From contig JAYFRF010000004.1 in the NCBI GenBank assembly GCA_034926225.1, positions 40,499 through 104,498 on the forward strand: a stretch of DNA of 64,000 nt, given 5' to 3'. Position 1 is the stretch's first letter. Each line of letters starts with the position of its first letter. Positions 7,776-15,851 of the stretch are shown piece after piece. The notes under the pieces were generated by a model, which saw nothing but the letters and a program-made list of their open reading frames with translations, made no database searches and was not told the origin of the DNA. The position numbers and the translations under genes are program-made. Source of the stretch: Clostridiaceae bacterium (GTDB lineage Bacteria; Bacillota; Clostridia; Oscillospirales; QAMX01).

Positions 7776-8834
7776 ATGTTGAATCTGGCATTTGTCGGTT
7801 TCCGTCACGGACACATTAACGGACTATACGCGCAGGCAATGCAGAACCCGGACGTTACTGTCGTTGCGGCGTATGAGGAAGATGCCGAAGCCAAGAAGGC
7901 TGCCGAGGAGTCGCTCGGCGTCAAGTTCACGCATGACAGCTATGAAGCGCTGCTGGCTGATCCGACGATCGACGCGGTGGCTATCGGGGATTATTTCGGT
8001 ATCCGCGGCGCGCGTGCGATCGCAGCATTGAAGGCGGGTAAGCATATCATCGTGGATAAGCCGCTGTGCACCTCGGTTGCGGAGCTGGATGAAATTGAAA
8101 AGCTTTCGCGGGAGAAGGGCCTGAAGGTCGGCTGTATGCTCGATCTGCGTCTGAGTGCTTGGGTAGAACCGGTGCGCGACTTCATTTTTTCTGGCAAGCT
8201 CGGCCAAATTCATCAGATTTCCTTCACCGCGCAGCATCCGCTCAACTGGGGCACGCGTCCGTCTTGGTACTTCGAGGACGGCAAGCATGGCGGCACAATC
8301 AACGATATCGGTATCCACGGCATCGATCTCATCCCGTATCTGACCGGCCTGAAGTTTAAAAAGGTCAATGCCGCGCGTCAGTGGAACGCATACGCGAAGC
8401 TCGCTCCGAAGTTTATGGATTCCGCGCAGTTTATGGCGGAGCTGGATAACGGCGCCGGCGTTATGGCCGACGTCTCCTATGCGGCGCCCTCGAGCTGCGG
8501 ATTTAAGCTTCCGCAGTACTGGCGTTTCACGATCTGGGGCGATAAGGGTGTCATCGAATGCGGCGGGAACCTCAACCCCATCGCGACCGTCGCCTTAAAC
8601 GGCGCGGATGGCCCGGTCGTCCTCGATACGCCGGAAGATACGCATCAGTCGCTCGACGTCTTTGTGGATCCCACCGCTGCTGCCGACGCCAAAAAGCCTG
8701 TCAGGCAGAAGCGTCAGCTGCTCGACTTTTTCCTTGCCGACCTTGCTTCTGCCCCCACCGCGCTCAATACCGCGACGGTGTTCGAATCCTCCCGCGCGGC
8801 GCTGATGATTCAGGCCGCCGCCGACCGCGCATAA
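7776..8834 (+). CDS. Gfo/Idh/MocA family NAD(P)-dependent oxidoreductase
   Basis: AFVGFRHGH, ALKAGKHIIVDKPL, GGTINDIGIHGIDL. Confidence 0.85.
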   Translation: MLNLAFVGFRHGHINGLYAQAMQNPDVTVVAAYEEDAEAKKAAEESLGVKFTHDSYEALLADPTIDAVAIGDYFGIRGARAIAALKAGKHIIVDKPLCTSVAELDEIEKLSREKGLKVGCMLDLRLSAWVEPVRDFIFSGKLGQIHQISFTAQHPLNWGTRPSWYFEDGKHGGTINDIGIHGIDLIPYLTGLKFKKVNAARQWNAYAKLAPKFMDSAQFMAELDNGAGVMADVSYAAPSSCGFKLPQYWRFTIWGDKGVIECGGNLNPIATVALNGADGPVVLDTPEDTHQSLDVFVDPTAAADAKKPVRQKRQLLDFFLADLASAPTALNTATVFESSRAALMIQAAADRA

Positions 8835-8848
8835 GTACAGATACCTGC

Positions 8849-8881
8849 AAATCCCGCGCCCTGCCTCGGACGCGGGATTTT
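8849..8881 (+). terminator. Intrinsic terminator
   Basis: AAATCCCGCG...CGCGGGATTT inverted repeat ending in a short T run. Confidence 0.65.
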
Positions 8882-8918
8882 GTCTAAGAAAAACATATCG
8901 ATAAACGATAAATAAATA

Positions 8919-8947
8919 TTGACAAACGGAAGAACCTGTGGTAAGCT
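8919..8947 (+). promoter_or_regulatory. sigma-A promoter for the DUF4173 gene
   Basis: TTGACA-17 bp-TAAGCT with an extended -10 TG. Confidence 0.6.
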
Positions 8948-8988
8948 GAATTCATGGTAATAATATGAAAAAAAGGAGTGGAACGAAG

Positions 8989-10479
8989 ATGGATCAGGCA
9001 GAGAGTATGGTGAGAGCAGAACGGAAGCCATTCGCGTGTGACGGCGCGGAATCGCTTTTGCTTCCATTCGCGTTTGGTATGGGATACCTGTTCATACGCT
9101 TCCTACTGAACGTCGGGTCGGGGCTCGCGGTCGTGTTCTTTATGACGGGGGTGTATGTGACGACCGCCGTATATATGCGGACGGCGAAAATCAAACCGGT
9201 GTGGAGCGGGGTGACGCTCGCGTGGACGGCGCTGACGGCGCTGCTGACGATACCGTTCGCGCTGTTTGACGGCAGGGACGGTCGAATGCTGCCGGTGCTG
9301 CTGTGTCTGATGTGTGCGGCTGCGGTGCAGCTTTACAGCATGCTCGGCTGCCGGACGCGGGGATTTACAGAGGAAGCGTATCTGGACTGGGCCAATGCGG
9401 TGGTCGTGACGCCGTTTACGAATCTGGGTGCGTCGTGGCAGACGGTCGGCGCGGTGGTGAAGCGTGGGAAAGGACGTACGGCGCTGGGGGCGTTTGTCGG
9501 ATTCCTGATCGGTTTGCCGGTGCTGGTTGTGTTGACGCTGCTATTGTCTTCGGCGGACACCGCATTCGAGGGGTTTTTGAATCGGTTCAGCATTGATTTT
9601 ATTTATCAAATTGATAATGAAATCGGCAGATTGATCGGCGGTATCCCATTTGCGATGATGGCGTTTGGGATTCTGTACGGCTGCCGGAGGAAAAAAAGCA
9701 TCGCGAAGGTAAAAGCGCCGGGCGTAGATAAGACGCGGCGGATTCCGGCAAGCGCAGCATACGGTGTGCTGATTCCGATCGTACTGCTGTATGTTGTGTA
9801 TCTTGTTACACAGATGGCATACTTTTTCTCAGGCTTTGCCGGGCTGCTGCCGACAGGGTATACGTATGCGGAGTACGCGAGACGGGGTTTTTTCGAGCTT
9901 TGCATGGTATGCGTAATTAATTTGGGGATAATCGTGCTGATACTGGCGTTTATGAAGCTGAAAAGCGGCATCGGAAAAGGATTTTGCACTTTTTTTGCCA
10001 TGTTTTCACTGGTGCTGACCGGTACGGCGGTGTCCAAAATGGTGCTGTACGTGAATACCTACGGTTTGACTCCGCTCCGCGCACAGACGATGTGGTTCAT
10101 GCTTGCACTGGGTGTGACCTTTGTTTATATCCTCGCGAGACTGTACATCCGGCGTTTCCCGTTTGTCCGGACGCTTGCGGTAACGGCGGCGGCGATGCTT
10201 CTGGTATTCGCATATACGGATGCCGACGCGATGTCGGTATCCTATAACCTCCGCGCGATAGAGGAGGGAAGAATCGCGGAGGACCGACCCGGTATGACCT
10301 TTGCGGGATTTTCCGGCACGGAGCTTTCCCAGATGTCCGACGGTATCGAGCCGTATCTGCGGGAGCATACCGCAAATCCTCTCGCGGATGCGATGATTAC
10401 GAGCCGGAAGGAAAGCGAATCCGCGTATCGGGAGAGCATCCTATACTGGAACCTTGCAACGGAGCGCGCAAAGGGTTGA
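8989..10479 (+). CDS. DUF4153/DUF4173 family polytopic membrane protein
   Basis: Many hydrophobic helices; family motifs LL.SAD..F, TYAEYARRGFFEL, KMVLYV..YGLT.LR. ATG at 8989 follows RBS AGGAG (alternative start 8965). Confidence 0.75.
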   Translation: MDQAESMVRAERKPFACDGAESLLLPFAFGMGYLFIRFLLNVGSGLAVVFFMTGVYVTTAVYMRTAKIKPVWSGVTLAWTALTALLTIPFALFDGRDGRMLPVLLCLMCAAAVQLYSMLGCRTRGFTEEAYLDWANAVVVTPFTNLGASWQTVGAVVKRGKGRTALGAFVGFLIGLPVLVVLTLLLSSADTAFEGFLNRFSIDFIYQIDNEIGRLIGGIPFAMMAFGILYGCRRKKSIAKVKAPGVDKTRRIPASAAYGVLIPIVLLYVVYLVTQMAYFFSGFAGLLPTGYTYAEYARRGFFELCMVCVINLGIIVLILAFMKLKSGIGKGFCTFFAMFSLVLTGTAVSKMVLYVNTYGLTPLRAQTMWFMLALGVTFVYILARLYIRRFPFVRTLAVTAAAMLLVFAYTDADAMSVSYNLRAIEEGRIAEDRPGMTFAGFSGTELSQMSDGIEPYLREHTANPLADAMITSRKESESAYRESILYWNLATERAKG

Positions 10480-10504
10480 CAAGGCGCTGAAAATGCCGTA
10501 TACT
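10476..10504 (+). promoter_or_regulatory. sigma-A promoter for the Crp/Fnr gene, overlapping the upstream stop codon
   Basis: TTGACA-17 bp-TATACT. Confidence 0.7.
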
Positions 10505-10529
10505 GATCGTATAAAAGGTGGTGTGCGGT

Positions 10530-11186
10530 ATGGAACATCCGGAGCGCTATTTCCCGATGTGGGAGGAGCTGACAGCAGGCGAGCGCGAAACATTGTTGGA
10601 TTCGGCGACGTACCGCCGAGTCAAGGCGGGTACGATCCTGCATAGCGGTAAGGAGGACTGCGTTGGGCTGTTTTTGATCGTGTCCGGCCAGCTCCGCGTG
10701 TACATCATGTCGCAAGAAGGCCGCGAGATCACGCTGTACCGGCTGTTTGAGCGAGATATCTGTCTGTTTTCTGCCTCGTGCATTTTTACGGCACAGTTTG
10801 ATATCATGATCACCGCCGAAACGGATACCGAACTGTGGGTCATCCCCGCGCCGGTTTATAAGAAGCTCGCAGAGAAGTCCGCGATCCTCGCGAATTTTAC
10901 GAATACGCTGATGGCCGATCGCTTTTCCGATGTGATGTGGCTGTTCGATCAGATCCTGTTTAAAAGCTTCGATAAACGGCTCGCGGGATTCCTTCTCGAG
11001 GAAAGTATTGTCGAAGGCGGGGGGCCTGTCCGCATGACGCATGAAAAGCTGGCCGCGCACTTGGGCAGCGCCCGCGAGGTGGTAACCCGGATGCTGCGTT
11101 ATTTCCAGAATGTCGGACTTGTCAGGCTTTCCCGCGGCGAAATAGAACTGACCGATAAAAAATCGCTGGAGACGTTGGCCAGGTAA
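10530..11186 (+). CDS. Crp/Fnr family transcriptional regulator
   Basis: cNMP-like domain (LIVSGQLRVY..SQEGREITLYRL) and HTH (MTHEKLAAHLGSAREVVTRML). ATG at 10530 follows AGGTGG. Confidence 0.9.
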   Translation: MEHPERYFPMWEELTAGERETLLDSATYRRVKAGTILHSGKEDCVGLFLIVSGQLRVYIMSQEGREITLYRLFERDICLFSASCIFTAQFDIMITAETDTELWVIPAPVYKKLAEKSAILANFTNTLMADRFSDVMWLFDQILFKSFDKRLAGFLLEESIVEGGGPVRMTHEKLAAHLGSAREVVTRMLRYFQNVGLVRLSRGEIELTDKKSLETLAR

Positions 11187-11191
11187 AACCC

Positions 11192-11206
11192 TTCAATATG
11201 ATTGAA
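11192..11206. promoter_or_regulatory. Candidate IclR operator, upstream copy (TTCAAT-ATG-ATTGAA)
   Basis: Perfect 6-3-6 palindrome with the same arms as the copy at 11311-11325. Confidence 0.55.
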
Positions 11207-11244
11207 AACGACGAAAAACATGGAAAGTGTTTCGTCGTTTTTTT
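11205..11244 (+). terminator. Intrinsic terminator after Crp/Fnr
   Basis: AAAACGACGAAA...TTTCGTCGTTTT stem followed by a T run. Confidence 0.75.
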
Positions 11245-11253
11245 ATATTTTGC

Positions 11254-11281
11254 TTGACAAACACAAATAATTAAGTATAAT
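11254..11281 (+). promoter_or_regulatory. sigma-A promoter of the iclR / cobalamin-enzyme operon
   Basis: TTGACA-16 bp-TATAAT. Confidence 0.7.
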
Positions 11282-11310
11282 GGATCTGAACTCAATAATA
11301 ATAGAAAGAA

Positions 11311-11325
11311 TTCAATAATATTGAA
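11311..11325. promoter_or_regulatory. Candidate IclR operator, downstream copy (TTCAAT-AAT-ATTGAA)
   Basis: Perfect 6-3-6 palindrome between the -10 element and the iclR start codon. Confidence 0.6.
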
Positions 11326-11331
11326 GAAAAA

Positions 11332-12054
11332 ATGATTAAAGTATTGGAAAAAGCATTTACCATACTGGAATATGTCGCATGCGACCCGGAGAAAGCGTAC
11401 CCACTCGGCGAGCTGGCATCGCTGACTGGCGATGCGGCGACGACCTGTGCGAATATCCTGAAAACGATGTGCGAGAGGGGGTATCTCGCGCGGGGGGAGG
11501 CACGCGGAACGTACCGGCTCGGGGAGATGGCGTATGGAATGTCGCCGTATGCGGGTGCGGACACACGCTTAAAGCAGGCGGCGGCCGAGCCGATGCAAAA
11601 GCTTGTCGAAACCCTTGGAGCGTCGGGGGTGCTGGCGGTGCTGCGCGGCGGGGATAAGCGGGTCTTGGCAAGGTACCGGAGCGACAGCGTGATCGAGGTG
11701 AACATGGAAATCGTCGCGTCGAATATGTTGTTTTCCACGTCGACAGGGATTGTGATGCTGGCCACGCTTGCGGAGAACGGACGTGAGATTCCCCAGGCAA
11801 AGGAGCGCGCGGAGGATGCGTTCGGATCCTGGGAACGGTATGCCGCGCTTCTTGCGCAGGTGCGCGAGGAAGGATACTTTTACAGCGATACGAAGCCGAC
11901 GATAGCAGAGGGAGCGGTACCGCTGATTTGCGGCGGAAAGCTGATGGGCGCTTTGGGAGTACATTTCCCGAAGCTGTGTATGACGTCGCTGACGAAGGCG
12001 AGAACTGTGTCGGAATTGCTAAAGACTGCGGAAACGGTCATCAATCAATATTAA
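11332..12054 (+). CDS. IclR family transcriptional regulator
   Basis: N-terminal wHTH (KVLEKAFTILEYV...LGELASLTG...NILKTM.ERGYL...YRLG) and C-terminal effector domain (TSTGIVMLA, VREEGY, AVPL...GALGV). Confidence 0.88.
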   Translation: MIKVLEKAFTILEYVACDPEKAYPLGELASLTGDAATTCANILKTMCERGYLARGEARGTYRLGEMAYGMSPYAGADTRLKQAAAEPMQKLVETLGASGVLAVLRGGDKRVLARYRSDSVIEVNMEIVASNMLFSTSTGIVMLATLAENGREIPQAKERAEDAFGSWERYAALLAQVREEGYFYSDTKPTIAEGAVPLICGGKLMGALGVHFPKLCMTSLTKARTVSELLKTAETVINQY

Positions 12055-12074
12055 AACATACAGGAGGCAAAAGC

Positions 12075-14468
12075 ATGAATGCGAATCTGACCGCGAAGAT
12101 CAAGGAATATGCCTACGAGCTGGGGGCGGATTTGATCGGTGTCGCGCCGATTAAGCGATTTGAGAAAGCGCCGATCCAGATGTCGCCGCAGGGCATCCTG
12201 CCGACGGCAACCTGCGTCATCGTCTGCGCGATCCATCACCCGGATATTGCGATGGAGCTGGGCGGCGAAAAGCACCCGCAGATTCAGGGACCGTATACGG
12301 TGCAGTATACGATGAACACAAAGCTCGACTATATGGCGTATCACATTGCGAACCAACTCGACGCTCTAGGCTACGACGCGATACCGATCGCATCGTCGAA
12401 TATCTGGCGGTATCGTGAGATCATGGGTTTAAACGCCTGCTTTGCGCCGGACATGTCACATATTTACGCCGCGACCTGCGCCGGCATCGGGCAGCTCGGC
12501 TGGAACGGACTGACGATGAGCCCGGAATACGGGCCGTGGAACCGCTTCATCTCGATCATTACGGACGCGCCGCTGGAAGGGACGCCAATGTACGAGGATA
12601 TGACGTTGTGCGACCGGTGCGGGGAGTGTATCCGGCACTGTCCGACGGACGCATTCCGTAAGGAGGTCAAGGGCGTCAAGGTAATCGAGCCGGAGGGTCG
12701 GCGGTTTGAGTTTGCGAACAAGAACCTGTGGCGCTGCGCATGGGGCGAGCACTTCAATCTTGACCTCGATCTGCCGATACCGGACGTTGTGGATGAGAAG
12801 GTGCTGCTGGAGACGATCGACAAGCACGGGATGCGCGGCGGCGAGATGGGATGCTGCTTAAAATTCTGCCTGCCGAAGCACCTGCGTTTGCCGGGCGGGG
12901 ACTTTACGACAACCTATCAACGGAAAAAGCAGAACTATGCGAACCTGGAACTGCCGGTACATCGTCGGATGTACGATGATATCGCAAGCTTTGTGAGGCG
13001 CTACGCGGTGGACGAGGTAGCGTTCCTCGACGAAGAGACGATCGATGGTCTGAACGCGAAGGAGACCTACTCGAAGGCGCGCGGCGCCGTCGTCTATGCG
13101 ATTCGTTACCAATGCGCCGAGGGGAATATGACGCGTGAAGAGCAGCTTGCGCATCATGCAGCGGGACACGGACTCGGCGGGCTGCTCGCAACGGAACGGA
13201 CGGCGATGCATCAGATGAATATTATCGCTAATCTCGATATCACGCGCATTCTCGACAATTTCGGTTACCTGTCGATGTGCAACACGGGTGTGGACGAAAC
13301 GATCTACGCCAAAGCCGCCGGACTGCTGCAGAACACGGCGCCAAAGGGCGAAGACGCCTATGCGGCGACGTCGATCGACGCCACGCAGGACAGCTCCAAG
13401 CGCTTTGACGACGGCTCGCTAGTGGAATATGGCGTTGTCCTGACCGATGCGCCGTTTAGGACGGTGACGAAGTCCGGGCTACAGGAGCCGATTCTGCACC
13501 CGAGGAAGACACTGACGGAAAACGTCGTGGAGTATCTGCGCGAGGAAGGCTCCGATCAGATCGCGGTTATAGCGGCGGCGCGGATGGATGCGTTGGCGGA
13601 TACGTTGGAGGAGCAGCGCGGCGGGGAGAAGCTGATTCTGGCACATGATAAGAACGGGCTGTATACACCTTTCGAAGCGGAGACGGTGGAGTATGAGCGA
13701 CATGCGCGGCATACAGCCGACTACTTAAAGGGCGCGAAGAACGTTATCCTGTTCGCGCATCACTTCCCGCAGGTCGTGACCAAACGCACCATCCAGCCGC
13801 CGGCCTATGCGGCGGGACCGTACCTGTTCGCGCTGTATGAAATGACGTTCGAGCTGGGCTACAGCGCACTGAAAGTCTGCAAATACCTGCAAAGTCTCGG
13901 CTACAGCGCGGTGATGAGCTACGATCTGACAGGTATGGGCGGCAACATTGCGACACCGCGCGGACAGCTGCCGGATGCATTCTGCAACAGCCTGGAAGCT
14001 GTGGAAGCGGGACTGGGGGCACTAGCGGAGAACGGCGTCTGCTATACGGCGGAGCATGGTTTCTCGCAGGGATTCATGGCGATCGTCACCGACGCACCGC
14101 TGGAGACTTGTACATCCGCGGCGTCGATTCCCGATACAAAGGCTGCCTGCATAGAGTGCGGTGTATGTGCAAGCGCGTGCCCGGCGTGTGCGATCAGTAC
14201 GGAGAAAAAGACGATCACGTTAAACGGTACGGAATATGCATGGCGGACGATCGACTGGACGCGCTGCGACTGGGCGAAGCGGTATGCGCTCTGCGGCGAG
14301 GAGGGTTCGAAGTACACGTCCTCAAAGACGGACGTACAGGTACCCGGGCGGGTGACGGAGGGTAACCTGACGGCGGCGCTTAAAGGTATCGACCGCGTCT
14401 TAAAATTCCGTCCTACGACGACTCAGCGCTGCGTCATCGACTGCAAGCTGGTAAAGTTGCTTAGATGA
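12075..14468 (+). CDS. Three-module cobalamin/[4Fe-4S] reductive dehalogenase/QueG-superfamily protein (797 aa)
   Basis: Start reassigned to the ATG at 12075 (RBS AGGAGG). Module 1: LGADLIGVAP, AATCAGIGQLGWNGLTMSPEYGP...IITDAPL, CDRCGECIRHCP...RC...GCCLKFC. Module 3: AVEAGLGALAENG..YTAEHG...IVTDAPL, CIECGVCASACP...TRCDW...RCVIDC. A degenerate Fe-S-less module lies between them. Confidence 0.8.
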   Translation: MNANLTAKIKEYAYELGADLIGVAPIKRFEKAPIQMSPQGILPTATCVIVCAIHHPDIAMELGGEKHPQIQGPYTVQYTMNTKLDYMAYHIANQLDALGYDAIPIASSNIWRYREIMGLNACFAPDMSHIYAATCAGIGQLGWNGLTMSPEYGPWNRFISIITDAPLEGTPMYEDMTLCDRCGECIRHCPTDAFRKEVKGVKVIEPEGRRFEFANKNLWRCAWGEHFNLDLDLPIPDVVDEKVLLETIDKHGMRGGEMGCCLKFCLPKHLRLPGGDFTTTYQRKKQNYANLELPVHRRMYDDIASFVRRYAVDEVAFLDEETIDGLNAKETYSKARGAVVYAIRYQCAEGNMTREEQLAHHAAGHGLGGLLATERTAMHQMNIIANLDITRILDNFGYLSMCNTGVDETIYAKAAGLLQNTAPKGEDAYAATSIDATQDSSKRFDDGSLVEYGVVLTDAPFRTVTKSGLQEPILHPRKTLTENVVEYLREEGSDQIAVIAAARMDALADTLEEQRGGEKLILAHDKNGLYTPFEAETVEYERHARHTADYLKGAKNVILFAHHFPQVVTKRTIQPPAYAAGPYLFALYEMTFELGYSALKVCKYLQSLGYSAVMSYDLTGMGGNIATPRGQLPDAFCNSLEAVEAGLGALAENGVCYTAEHGFSQGFMAIVTDAPLETCTSAASIPDTKAACIECGVCASACPACAISTEKKTITLNGTEYAWRTIDWTRCDWAKRYALCGEEGSKYTSSKTDVQVPGRVTEGNLTAALKGIDRVLKFRPTTTQRCVIDCKLVKLLR

Positions 14469-14519
14469 CTTTTATATGCTCATATGGGTTTCGATTTACG
14501 GTATAGCTGATAAATCCGC

Positions 14520-14552
14520 GCAAAGGGTACGTATTCAATTCGTACCCTTTGC
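14520..14552 (+). terminator. Stem-loop after the three-module gene (terminator or stabilising hairpin)
   Basis: Perfect 12-bp inverted repeat GCAAAGGGTACG / CGTACCCTTTGC; no clear U tract. Confidence 0.5.
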
Positions 14553-14727
14553 CCATTATCAAGAAGTCCTATAACTGATATTCAACTTCCCACACATACC
14601 TGCCGCCCGCTTAACGTCATTGACATCCATCGTTTTTTGCAGAGCTTTATGGATGGGATACTTTTATTAACCCTAGATACAATCTAGCCCTCTCGTCATC
14701 GAAACGCTGCCGTTTTCGTTTACAGCC

Positions 14728-14756
14728 TTGACATACGCGCGAATGTATTCTATAAT
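14728..14756 (+). promoter_or_regulatory. Perfect-consensus sigma-A promoter for the galM / beta-propeller operon
   Basis: TTGACA-17 bp-TATAAT. Confidence 0.8.
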
Positions 14757-14789
14757 ACTTCCGTACTACAACATGCGGAGGTGCATGAC

Positions 14790-15842
14790 ATGAGCATAAC
14801 GAAAGCTGTGTTCGGCGCGTTCGAGAGCGGAGAGCTGGTATACGCGTACACGTTGACGAACAGGATGGGTGTGTCGGCGACGATCTTAAACCTCGGGGGG
14901 ATCATCCAGAAGCTGATGATTCCCGACCGCGCGGGGAAGCTTGCGGATGTGATACTCGGGTACGACACGGTCGAGGGCTACCTGACCGGCGGCGGCTGCC
15001 ACGGCGCGCTGATCGGCCGCTTCGCCAACCGCATCCGTGACGGTCGCTTTACACTCGACAGCGTGACGTACACGCTTCCGAGGAACGAGCTGGGCGTCAC
15101 GTCGCTGCACGGCAATCAGGAGTTCAACTGCGCGATCTGGGATGCGGAGCCGGACGACGCAAACAACAGCCTTCGTTTAACGCATGTCAGCCCCGACGGC
15201 AGTAACGGCTTTCCCGGCGAACTGACCATTTTGGTGACCTACACCTTCGACGACGACTGCGCACTGACGATCCGGTACGAGGCGGTCAGCACGAAGACCA
15301 CCGTGGTCAACTTCACCAACCATGCCTATTTTAACCTCGCGGGAGGCGGCAGCATATTCGGTCAGGTGCTCACGCTTGACTGTTCGCGCTTCACCGAGAA
15401 CGACCCGGCGCTTTGCATCCCCACCGGACGGATTGTAGACGTCGCGGACACCCCCGGATTTGACTTCCGGACAGGCCGCGTAATCGGGGAGAACGTCGCG
15501 CTGGCCGATCCCGGGGCGCTGTTCTCCGGCGGCTATGACCACAACTTCATCCTCGACCGTGACGCATCGGGTCTGACGCACGCGGCGGCGGTGTACGACC
15601 CGCAGTCGGGACGCAGGCTTGACGCGTACACGACTCTCCCCGCCGTGCAGGTCTACACGGCAAACAACATGAAGGGCAACTATCCGCTCAAGAGCGGCGT
15701 ACCGCAGACGCCCCACACCGGTATCTGTTTAGAGACGCAGGGCTACCCGGATGCGCCGAACCAGCCCGCGTTCCCCTCCGCACGGCTCGAGGCGGGCGAG
15801 AAGTTCGTGAGCGTGACGCGCTACCGATTCTCCGTTCAGTGA
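14790..15842 (+). CDS. galM: Aldose 1-epimerase (mutarotase)
   Basis: IGRFANRI, SLHG, GFPGEL, NFTNHAYFNL, GYDHNF, VQVYTAN, ICLETQ..PDAPN. ATG at 14790 follows RBS GGAGG. Confidence 0.9.
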   Translation: MSITKAVFGAFESGELVYAYTLTNRMGVSATILNLGGIIQKLMIPDRAGKLADVILGYDTVEGYLTGGGCHGALIGRFANRIRDGRFTLDSVTYTLPRNELGVTSLHGNQEFNCAIWDAEPDDANNSLRLTHVSPDGSNGFPGELTILVTYTFDDDCALTIRYEAVSTKTTVVNFTNHAYFNLAGGGSIFGQVLTLDCSRFTENDPALCIPTGRIVDVADTPGFDFRTGRVIGENVALADPGALFSGGYDHNFILDRDASGLTHAAAVYDPQSGRRLDAYTTLPAVQVYTANNMKGNYPLKSGVPQTPHTGICLETQGYPDAPNQPAFPSARLEAGEKFVSVTRYRFSVQ

Positions 15843-15851
15843 GGGTGGCGT

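Noticed and set aside
14560-14660. Cobalamin riboswitch near the B12-type genes (ACCTGCC, and GGGAAG on the minus strand)
   Set aside because: Only isolated short words match; the conserved GGGAA..GGTG.AA.TCC core and the full B12 box are absent.
14673-14687. Palindrome CTAGAT-ACA-ATCTAG upstream of the galM promoter
   Set aside because: A single 6-bp-arm palindrome is expected by chance in an intergenic region of this size, and I saw no second copy.
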